32,000 nt of DNA from Synechococcus sp. A15-24. GTDB lineage: Bacteria > Cyanobacteriota > Cyanobacteriia > PCC-6307 > Cyanobiaceae. A model generated the notes under the pieces. It was not told the origin of the DNA. It searched no databases and worked only from the letters and a program-made list of their open reading frames with translations. A program made the translations under genes and the position numbers. Location of the stretch: assembly GCF_014280195.1 (NCBI RefSeq), contig NZ_CP047960.1:1050001-1082000 (forward strand), in the 5' to 3' direction. Positions 8,865-16,320 of the stretch are shown here, piece after piece (within the stretch, counting starts at the first letter, position 1; every line of letters starts with the position of its first letter).

Positions 8865-11800
8865 TCACACCCGCAGCACTGCCTCGTTCCGTTGCCCTTC
8901 CGCCTCCAGCCGCTGCGCTGCGGTGGTTCCGTCGGCATCGGGAATCTGCGCCGCCATCAATCGCAGCCATTCCATCAACTGCTCGAGTTGCTTGTCCATC
9001 GGCAGCACCCCAAGCCCTCGAGCCAGCACCTTGTGTTGAAGGCCCTTACCGCTCTGGTACACCAACCGACCATGCAGGTGTTGAGGTAACCCCTGCCGAA
9101 GCAGCCGGAACGCTGGTTCCTCCATCGGTGTTTCCAGCACGATGTTGGGTTTCTCTGGTTTGATGCGGGCGACACCGCAACGTCTGGCCAGCAGTTTCAA
9201 CTCCATCAACTGCAGCAGGGATTGCACCGCCGCCGGCAGCGCTCCATAACGGTCCGCCCAACTCGCGGCTAACTCCACCAGTGCCTCGCCGCAGCGACAG
9301 TCAGCCGCAGCGCGATAAGCAGCAATTTTTTCATCGGGATCCGTGATCCAGTCGGCCGGCACAAATGCCGTAACGGGAAGGTCAACCTGGGTGTCGTCGA
9401 CACTGGGAATGTCCTGTCCCTGAATCTCCGCCAGGGATTCCTGCAGCATCTCCATGTAAAGGTCAAAGCCGATGGTTTCCATCTGGCCGCTTTGCTCCAC
9501 GCCAAGCAGGTTGCCGACTCCACGGATCTCCATGTCACGCATGGCCAGCTGGTAGCCACTACCCAGTTGCGCGAACTCCTGGATGGCTCGCAAGCGTTGC
9601 CGTGCATTGTCACTCAGCGATCCATTGCCGGGATAGAACAGCCAGGCATGAGCCTGAATGCCACTGCGCCCCACACGACCCCGCAGTTGGTAAAGCTGGG
9701 CCAGTCCGAAGCGGTGGGCGTCCTCGATCAGAATCGTGTTCACCCGAGGAATGTCGAGGCCGCTTTCGACAATGGTGGTGCAGAGCATCACATCGGCTTC
9801 CCCAGCGTTGAACGCCACCATGGCGCTCTCCAGTTCACCCTCCGCCATCTGGCCGTGAGCCACCAGCAGCTTCAGGCCAGGCAGCATCTCCCGCAGTCCG
9901 GCGGCCACGTCCTCGATGCCTTCCACCCGGGGCACCACGTAAAACACCTGTCCCCCGCGATCCAGTTCCTGGCGGATGGCACTGCGCACCGCTTCCGGAT
10001 CCAGGGCTGCAAGGTGGGTTTTGATCGGCCGACGCAGTGGCGGTGGTGTGGTGATCAAGCTCATCTCCCGCACGCCTGAAAGGCTCATGTACAGCGTTCT
10101 GGGAATCGGTGTCGCCGACAGGGTGAGAACGTCGACGTCCTTTCGGAGCACCTTGATCTTTTCCTTCTGGTTGACGCCGAAGCGCTGTTCTTCATCGACC
10201 ACCAGCAGACCAAGCTGCTGGAACGATGCCCCTTTGCCCAAAAGCTGATGGGTGCCGACCACCGCATCGATGGTGCCTCCCTTGAGGCCCTCCAGGATCG
10301 TCTTGCGTTCCGATGCTGTGCGAAAGCGATTCAACAGCGCCACCTTGATCGGATACGGCGCGAAGCGTTCACTAAGCGTGCGCCAGTGCTGCTGCGCCAG
10401 CACGGTGGTGGGGGCGAGCATGGCCACCTGTTTTCCAGCCGTGATCGCTTTGAAGATGGCGCGGATGGCCACTTCCGTCTTGCCGAATCCAACGTCTCCG
10501 CAGACCAGGCGATCCATCGGCTCTGCCTTCTCCATGTCGCGCTTCACATCGGCGGTGGCCTTCAGCTGATCCGGCGTCGGTTCATAGGGGAACGATTCCT
10601 CCAGCTCGTTCTGCCAGGGACCATCACTTGGAAAGGCGAAGCCATTGGCCTGATGCCGCTCCGCGTAGAGCTTCACAAGGTCCATCGCCACTTTGCGGAC
10701 CGCTTTTTTGGCTCGCTCCTTGGCTTTCGTCCAGGCGGCACCGCCCATCTTGCTGAGCTGTGGCGGCGTTTCACTGGTGGCCCGGTAGCGGCCGAGACTG
10801 CCCAGTTGATCCGCCGCGACGCGCAACAGTCCGTCGGCGTATTGCACCACGAGGTAATCGCGCACATCGCCTGAGACGGCCAACTTCTCCATCGCTTTGA
10901 ACCGTCCGATGCCGTGATTGCGATGGACGACGAAATCCCCTGGCCGCATCTTGTTGGGGTCCACCGTGCGGCTGGCCGCCTTGCGGCGACGCCGCACGTA
11001 GCCACTGGACCCCAGGGTCTGCTGGCCGAAGAACTCACGGTCGGTGACCAGGGCCAGACGCCAGGCCGGTAGCTGCAACCCCTCCAGCTCCGCCGTGCCG
11101 GCGGATTTCAACGCCACGGGCGTGTTCTGTTCAATCAGCCGTTCAATCGCTAGCGCATCGGCTGGATTGGGAACGAAGCGGCCGATGCAGTCGTGTTCCT
11201 CCAGCAGGGCCACGGCCCGGCTGGGTTGAGCAGAAATCAACCAGACCGAGGTTTTCTCCTTCTGAAACCCCTTGATCAGGTCGCCGAGTTTGCCGAACTG
11301 ATTGGGATAGGCCGGCATCGGGCGACTGGCGAGGTCAAAGCTGTTGGGATGGCCGTCCTCCTCCAGCAGCTCTGCCATGTCAAAGCCATGAAAGGCCTCG
11401 GCCAGCCCATAGGCCTCGTCGATGCTGCGTTGCAGAACAGCTGGCCAGAGCAGATCACGTTCCTCCTCCGATAGGCCCAGTTCGCTGGCCATGTCCCCGT
11501 GGTGGTCGATGGCGTGATCCAGCCACTGCTGGCCGTGGGCCAGTCCGTGACGGCGCTCATCAATCACGACCTCAGCGGAGGCCGGAAGATAGTCGAGTAA
11601 GCAGGCGGGTTGTCCCCAGGCCAGTCCCATCAGGCGTCGTAACCCCTCAGGCGTGCCTCCCTCCAGCAGTTCTTCGGTGGCTTCATCCCCAAGCAAGCGA
11701 TCCAGCCCTTCCGGCATGGACTCCCGCAGCTGATCGGCCACCAGGGGGCCAAAGCCCGTGGGGGTGAGCTGCAGGCGGTCCACCGGGTCCAGCGACCGCT

Positions 11801-12443
11801 GGGTGGCTGGGTCAAATTCCCGAAGCTTGTCCAGCTCTTCTCCGAAGAATTCCAACCGCACCGGCAGTTCGCTGCTCACCGGATAGATGTCAACGATGTC
11901 GCCGCGTCGGCTCCATGTTCCTTCCTGGTCGATGGTGGACACCCGTTCGTAACCGAGACGAGCCAAGGTGTCGGCCAGGTCGTCCAGGTCGAGCTCGTCA
12001 CCCTTTTTCAGGGTGCGACAGGTGGCCTCGAGTGCCTGCCGCGGTGGCAGATGGGGTTGGAGACAGCGTTCGGTGGCCACGATGGCTTTCCCCGCTGGAT
12101 CGTCGGTTCCAATCAGGTCACTCAGCACCTGAAGCTGTCCCCAGATGATTTCACTGGTGGGATCGAACGGTTCGTAGGGCGAGCCCTCGCTGGTTGGGTA
12201 GAGACTCGCGCTGCCCCATCCCATCAATTCCAGAAGCGCTGTCCAGCGACCGGCTTCCTCGAGGGTTGGCACCACCACCAGCAATGGCCTTCCTTCTTTT
12301 TGTGCCAGGGCGCTGGCCACGAGAGCACGACTGATCCGACCGGCCCCCCGCAACAACAGCCGTGCATCACGTTCGGTGCGCTGCAGCAGTTCGCCAGTGA
12401 GTGCTGCTGGGCGCAGCTGTGTCACCAGGGAACGCAGGGGCAT
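8865..12443 (-). CDS. mfd: Transcription-repair coupling factor
   Basis: 1192 aa; superfamily-2 helicase motifs GDVGFGKTEVA, VVDEEQRFG, LSATPIPRTL, QLRGRVGRS; size and architecture typical of Mfd/TRCF. Confidence 0.95.
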   Translation of the reverse strand: MPLRSLVTQLRPAALTGELLQRTERDARLLLRGAGRISRALVASALAQKEGRPLLVVVPTLEEAGRWTALLELMGWGSASLYPTSEGSPYEPFDPTSEIIWGQLQVLSDLIGTDDPAGKAIVATERCLQPHLPPRQALEATCRTLKKGDELDLDDLADTLARLGYERVSTIDQEGTWSRRGDIVDIYPVSSELPVRLEFFGEELDKLREFDPATQRSLDPVDRLQLTPTGFGPLVADQLRESMPEGLDRLLGDEATEELLEGGTPEGLRRLMGLAWGQPACLLDYLPASAEVVIDERRHGLAHGQQWLDHAIDHHGDMASELGLSEEERDLLWPAVLQRSIDEAYGLAEAFHGFDMAELLEEDGHPNSFDLASRPMPAYPNQFGKLGDLIKGFQKEKTSVWLISAQPSRAVALLEEHDCIGRFVPNPADALAIERLIEQNTPVALKSAGTAELEGLQLPAWRLALVTDREFFGQQTLGSSGYVRRRRKAASRTVDPNKMRPGDFVVHRNHGIGRFKAMEKLAVSGDVRDYLVVQYADGLLRVAADQLGSLGRYRATSETPPQLSKMGGAAWTKAKERAKKAVRKVAMDLVKLYAERHQANGFAFPSDGPWQNELEESFPYEPTPDQLKATADVKRDMEKAEPMDRLVCGDVGFGKTEVAIRAIFKAITAGKQVAMLAPTTVLAQQHWRTLSERFAPYPIKVALLNRFRTASERKTILEGLKGGTIDAVVGTHQLLGKGASFQQLGLLVVDEEQRFGVNQKEKIKVLRKDVDVLTLSATPIPRTLYMSLSGVREMSLITTPPPLRRPIKTHLAALDPEAVRSAIRQELDRGGQVFYVVPRVEGIEDVAAGLREMLPGLKLLVAHGQMAEGELESAMVAFNAGEADVMLCTTIVESGLDIPRVNTILIEDAHRFGLAQLYQLRGRVGRSGIQAHAWLFYPGNGSLSDNARQRLRAIQEFAQLGSGYQLAMRDMEIRGVGNLLGVEQSGQMETIGFDLYMEMLQESLAEIQGQDIPSVDDTQVDLPVTAFVPADWITDPDEKIAAYRAAADCRCGEALVELAASWADRYGALPAAVQSLLQLMELKLLARRCGVARIKPEKPNIVLETPMEEPAFRLLRQGLPQHLHGRLVYQSGKGLQHKVLARGLGVLPMDKQLEQLMEWLRLMAAQIPDADGTTAAQRLEAEGQRNEAVLRV

Positions 12444-12505
12444 GGCAGGACGGAATCGGCAAACGCTGATCTTCGCAATAGGGTGCGACCAATCGCGTCA
12501 GCACC

Positions 12506-12787
12506 ATGCCGCGCTACCGCTGTCCATCCTGTTGTTGTGGGCCGGCCGTGGTGTTGAAGCCACCACGTGGCGCGCTGCCGGTGTGTTTCCGGTGCGGCGA
12601 GCCCCTTCAAGAGCAGCCACTGGTACGTCCTTTGCGGTTGGTGGTGCTTGTTGCTGTAGGCAGCGTTCTGGTGATGTCGTCCATTCCCTTGATGCAGGGC
12701 CCGTCTCCACCGCGATCAAATGAGCGAGAGCGAACCGACCGAACGGGATTTTCAACTCACAATGAGGGGGATTTGATTTTCCTTTGA
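12506..12787 (+). CDS. Hypothetical zinc-ribbon (CxxC...CxxC) protein with one TM helix
   Basis: MPRYRCPSCCCG...PVCFRCGEPL followed by the hydrophobic LRLVVLVAVGSVLVMSSIPL. Stop overlaps the ATG of the next gene (TGATG, 12785-12789). Coding status inferred only from ORF shape and coupling. Confidence 0.5.
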   Translation: MPRYRCPSCCCGPAVVLKPPRGALPVCFRCGEPLQEQPLVRPLRLVVLVAVGSVLVMSSIPLMQGPSPPRSNERERTDRTGFSTHNEGDLIFL

Positions 12788-13656
12788 TGGGCGCAGCACC
12801 CCAGGCATTGCTTCTATCGACCATTGCCACCGATCGCAATGATTGGCACATCGGTCGGTTCAGCTTGTTGGCCGACATGATCCGTCGTGCTGGCCAGGAG
12901 CTTGATCCGTCCTTCAGTCTCAACATCAGCGACTACCCAACCAGCAACGCTGAACGTCAGACCCTGCAGGCAGACTTGGCTTCAGGTCGCTACAGCCAGG
13001 TCTGGTTGATCGCTCCGGACATGGATAACGGCCCTGATGCAGGCTTCTTTCGGGCCCTGGAAACAGCCGTGAAGGCTGGAACGGATCTGGTGATTGCCCG
13101 CGATCACACCGATCTGGGCTGCTGCCTGCTTGAACTGAAGGATTGCCTGGGGGATGTGGGTCAGACCCAGACCTTTCAACGCACGTGGACGAATCTGCCC
13201 AAAGATCGTGAATACGCCGATCCGGACTCTGCTGCGATTGTGACCCCCTGCGTGGTGACCGGCCAGAACGGCGGTGTTCAGATCTGCCGTCAGCGGGCTG
13301 AACACCCTCTGCTTAACTTTGCTTCGATGATTCCTGGCCACCTTGTGATTCCAGCCCATCCTCATGAGGGCGTGATCCGCAAGGTGGTTGCGTCTCAGAC
13401 GGTACTTCTCTCCAGCTTCTCCATCACCAGCGGACGCGAGCAGACCACGGCGATTGTGGATGAAGCAGATGGCCGCGGGATGGTGCTCCACCATTCCACG
13501 TTCCATCATTTCGCGGATTACAACCTGGATGTTGCAGCTGGAGCCCCTGACTTTGTGCTCGATCCTCCCTCGAATCAGATCGCTGATTCACCGACTTTGC
13601 TGAATGACATCAAGGCTTACGTTAGGTCTGTCGTGCACTACGCCCAGAACAACTAA
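12787..13656 (+). CDS. Hypothetical 289-aa soluble protein, His-rich (PAHPHEG, LHHSTFHHF); possibly ThuA/class-I glutamine-amidotransferase-like fold
   Basis: Long ORF with protein-like composition. Pattern LLLST...YSQVWLIAPD...AVKAGTDLVIARDH...HPLL is reminiscent of ThuA-like proteins, but this is a weak by-eye impression. Confidence 0.65.
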   Translation: MGAAPQALLLSTIATDRNDWHIGRFSLLADMIRRAGQELDPSFSLNISDYPTSNAERQTLQADLASGRYSQVWLIAPDMDNGPDAGFFRALETAVKAGTDLVIARDHTDLGCCLLELKDCLGDVGQTQTFQRTWTNLPKDREYADPDSAAIVTPCVVTGQNGGVQICRQRAEHPLLNFASMIPGHLVIPAHPHEGVIRKVVASQTVLLSSFSITSGREQTTAIVDEADGRGMVLHHSTFHHFADYNLDVAAGAPDFVLDPPSNQIADSPTLLNDIKAYVRSVVHYAQNN

Positions 13657-13832
13657 ACATAACTTATTTGCTTCTAGTCATGAAGAAATAGTGGCAATTT
13701 CGCAAGGTATTTGTCGCCATTGGCTTTGCATATTTCTCACATATTGGCCTTAGATTCGTAAGAAGCTATTTGGCAATTATTCGTCTTGTCAATAATAAAT
13801 TCGTGTCCGTTGATATTGATTAACTTGCCAAT
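13657..13832. other. AT-rich spacer between convergent genes carrying repeated TGGCAATT motifs
   Basis: Hand count about 30-40% GC per 60-nt line versus >55% in flanking genes. TGGCAATT at 13692-13699 and 13771-13778 (79 nt apart), each followed by a similar T-rich ...TTCG...TTGTC stretch. Inverted copy TTGCCAATT at 13826-13834; ATTGGC at 13719-13724 and 13743-13748. Confidence 0.5.
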
Positions 13833-14354
13833 TTATCGGTAATCATTGTTTCGATAAATGGACAGCCTCAATGTTGGTCCATCGCTGGGTCTTGGATCAT
13901 TTCCAGCAGGGATGAACTCAGTAGTCCATTGGTAAATATCCGCATCGGGATTGAATCCGCGGAAAACAACATTGGCTTGCTGGCCTGGTTGAATCGGTGG
14001 ATCAAACCTAATGCTCAGCTCGTCGTCGCTTTGAGACAGCGTGGCCTCAGCAAGTCCAGGTTCGCCACGACGTCGAAGACCGTAATCGCCAAGATAGACC
14101 TCGGGATCTTTACGACCCCAATCCCAGCTATCGAGATTAGTTAGTTGTGAGATAACTACACGCTCCAGTTCAGCCCCTGCATCGTCTGGAACCAGGACGC
14201 TGATGGTGGTTCGATTGCGTTGACCTTCCGTTGAGGATGGATTATGGATGCTTACCTTCGTTGGTGGTCTGCGAAAAAAGGCATCTGCCAATGCAGGCCC
14301 ACTGTTCATCAGCAGGGCAAGCACAGATAACAGCCAAGGAGTGAGCCGGTTCAT
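13833..14354 (-). CDS. Secreted DUF2808-like cyanobacterial protein of unknown function
   Basis: Signal peptide MNRLTPWLLSVLALLMNSGPALA. Pattern VPDDAGAELERVVISQ...IRFDPPIQPGQQANVVFRGFNP...IPAGNDPRP matches my memory of the DUF2808 family. ORF track starts at TTG 14378; ATG 14354 preferred. Gene is lower in GC than its neighbours. Confidence 0.7.
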   Translation of the reverse strand: MNRLTPWLLSVLALLMNSGPALADAFFRRPPTKVSIHNPSSTEGQRNRTTISVLVPDDAGAELERVVISQLTNLDSWDWGRKDPEVYLGDYGLRRRGEPGLAEATLSQSDDELSIRFDPPIQPGQQANVVFRGFNPDADIYQWTTEFIPAGNDPRPSDGPTLRLSIYRNNDYR

Positions 14355-14385
14355 GCTTTGCTTTGCTCGATTGTTCAAGTTTAGT

Positions 14386-14438
14386 AGCGATTGATGATGG
14401 AGCCCAGTGCCGATTTTTGTTGGATCATCTCAATCGCT
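14386..14438 (-). other. Imperfect long hairpin between the 255-aa gene stop and the DUF2808 gene start
   Basis: Arms AGCGATTGATGAT (14386-14398) and ATCATCTCAATCGCT (14424-14438): 8 + 5 bp with a 2-nt bulge and a 25-nt loop. No U-tract follows on either strand. Confidence 0.3.
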
Positions 14439-14458
14439 GCACAACGAACATTGCTTCA

Positions 14459-15226
14459 TTAAGACTTTGCCAAGGCCTGCTCCTCCAGCAGCATGTTGAA
14501 CTGGAGTAGCTGTTCGTCGGTGAGTTGCTGACGGCTGCTGGCCTGCAGATGCTCCTGCAGAAAGGCTCGAGCCTGCTCGGCCTTCCAGCCGAGCTGTTTC
14601 AGCATTTGATCGCCCTGTGTAATCAGATCACTTCGGCGGATCGGAATGTGGGCCTGATCCGGCTGCTCCTGTGGCTGCAATTGCCGTAGCTGGCGCAGGT
14701 AGGCCACCAGATCGGCATAGCGGGTCAACCGATGGCGACTGGCATGGCCGAAGGCCCGTTCGAGGTAAACGCGTTCCTGATCCCGCGCCCAGCCGATGCG
14801 CTTCAGCTCCAGATCGATGGCGGTGAGTTCTTCGCTCCAGTCCTCCGGATCCGTCGGTGTTTCTGATGGGGGATCCGATGCGGGACCGGTGTGCTGTGGT
14901 GTCTCGGCTGCAGGCGGCTGATCCACCGCGCCCTGCTTCGCCATCGCCTCCGGTTGTTTGATCGGTGCCGGTTGTGGACGGGATTCCGCCATCCGAGCCT
15001 TAGAAGGCGTGGGCTCTTGTTCTGACTTTGGTGTTGGGGCGACCTGCGGCTTGGCATCACCCCCCGCAAGCTTCTGCTGCAGCCGCTGACGGGCGCGATC
15101 TTCTGCGTCTTCCGCATTGGCAGCTTCGCCCAGGCAGCTGGCGATGCAGTGCTCACCACTCCAGGCCTCGGCACGCACGATGCAGCGCAGGGTGTCGACG
15201 TGACACAACTCGGCTCGTACCTGCAT
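14459..15226 (-). CDS. Hypothetical protein: small N-terminal domain, Pro/Glu/Ala-rich linker, two tandem ~47-aa repeats
   Basis: 255 aa. Residues ~134-180 and ~202-248 align without gaps at a fixed offset of 68 (shared L,K,G,W,Q,R,L,S,R,L,T,L; core LK.(I/L)GW...Q.R..L.......SR..LT...L). Confidence 0.7.
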   Translation of the reverse strand: MQVRAELCHVDTLRCIVRAEAWSGEHCIASCLGEAANAEDAEDRARQRLQQKLAGGDAKPQVAPTPKSEQEPTPSKARMAESRPQPAPIKQPEAMAKQGAVDQPPAAETPQHTGPASDPPSETPTDPEDWSEELTAIDLELKRIGWARDQERVYLERAFGHASRHRLTRYADLVAYLRQLRQLQPQEQPDQAHIPIRRSDLITQGDQMLKQLGWKAEQARAFLQEHLQASSRQQLTDEQLLQFNMLLEEQALAKS

Positions 15227-15263
15227 CCATCTGGAACCAATGTGCTCTTTCTAGGCTGCCGCC

Positions 15264-15992
15264 ATGGACATCACGGCGCTTCCCTCACTCACCGACGTTT
15301 TTGAGGGTGCAGATCAATGGGGCGAGGTACTGGCTTTACTGCCTGTACTGGTGATGTTGGAGCTCATTCTCTCAGCGGATAATGCCGTCGCACTTGCGGC
15401 GATTGCCCGCTCCAGCCGCAGTCCTGACCAGGAGCGTCTGGCCCTGAACATCGGCATCGGCCTAGCGATGCTGCTGCGGGTTGCCCTGATCGCTCTGGCT
15501 CAGTGGGTTCTGCAGAGTGCATGGGTTCAGCTTCTCGCTGCCGCCTATCTGTTCTGGCTGTTCATCAATTACCTGCGTCAGTCCTCCCAGGACAATGCCG
15601 ATGAGGCGAACGCAACGGTCGTGTCAACCCAGGCCAGGAGCCTGATGCAAACCGTTCTGCTGCTTGGTTTCACTGATCTGGCCTTTTCGATCGACAGCGT
15701 TGCGGCGGCAGTTGCGGTGAGTGACCAGCTCCTGTTGATCAGCACGGGTGCCGTGATCGGAATCATTGCCTTGCGCTTCACGTCCGGGCTGTTCATCCGC
15801 TGGCTGGACGAGTACGAACGCCTCGAAACAGCCGGTTTTCTTTCCGTTGCTTTTGTTGCCCTGCGTTTGCTGGTCCACGTTCTGATTCCGCAATTCAATC
15901 AACCGGATTGGTTGACCATGCTGGTGGTGTTCACATTGTTCGCCTGGGGCTTTTCCGTCCGTTCGCCGATGGAGGCCGATCATGCTGGTTGA
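15264..15992 (+). CDS. TerC-family integral membrane protein
   Basis: Polytopic protein with the two TerC signature segments LILSADNAVALAAIA and FSIDSVAAAVAV. Confidence 0.9.
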   Translation: MDITALPSLTDVFEGADQWGEVLALLPVLVMLELILSADNAVALAAIARSSRSPDQERLALNIGIGLAMLLRVALIALAQWVLQSAWVQLLAAAYLFWLFINYLRQSSQDNADEANATVVSTQARSLMQTVLLLGFTDLAFSIDSVAAAVAVSDQLLLISTGAVIGIIALRFTSGLFIRWLDEYERLETAGFLSVAFVALRLLVHVLIPQFNQPDWLTMLVVFTLFAWGFSVRSPMEADHAG

Positions 15993-16320
15993 ACTGCGTC
16001 AGGTCGGTAACGAAGCGCTTCTGGATCGACTGGACCTGGAGAACGCGCCCCAGCCTGGGCGCTGGCTGGAAACGGAGGAGCAAAGTTTTCTGGTGTTGCA
16101 GCGACGTCATCGCTATACCTTGCGGAATGGCCGTTATGAAATTGCGTCGGTTGCCCTGTTGGTCAAACCCCAGATCAGGCCCGCCGATGCCCAGCGTTGG
16201 CGCCATGGCTGGGTGATTGGCGACCCCGAATGCCGCTTCAACGCCCGTAGTCCTTTGCTCCGTTGTGCTGTGTGGCCGGAAGGGCCCTGCGACAACTGCA
16301 GCCATCGGGAGTCGCGATGA
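15982..16320 (+). CDS. Cys-rich cyanobacterial hypothetical protein (DUF6464-like, from memory)
   Basis: 112 aa. C-terminal C-x10-C-x7-C-x2-C (ECRFNARSPLLRCAVWPEGPCDNC). ATG overlaps the terC 3' end by 11 nt; its stop overlaps the next ATG (ATGA 16317-16320). Confidence 0.65.
   Translation: MLVELRQVGNEALLDRLDLENAPQPGRWLETEEQSFLVLQRRHRYTLRNGRYEIASVALLVKPQIRPADAQRWRHGWVIGDPECRFNARSPLLRCAVWPEGPCDNCSHRESR

Noticed and set aside
8742-9089. 115-aa + ORF spanning the mfd 3' end and the upstream gap
   Set aside because: It overlaps the mfd C-terminus antisense, has Cys/His/Arg-rich composition and no motif. The minus-strand small ORF 8622..8786 and mfd explain the region better.
9492-12557. Several 90-210-aa ORFs antisense or off-frame within mfd (9492..10079, 10248..10874, 12051..12557 and others)
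   Set aside because: All are nested in the 1192-aa mfd gene and have off-frame-like composition.
15227-15263. Very short divergent intergenic regions (37 bp here; 33 bp at 29243..29275) as something unusual
   Set aside because: More likely promoters embedded in neighbouring coding sequence or slightly mis-assigned starts in a streamlined genome. Nothing specific was seen in the sequence.
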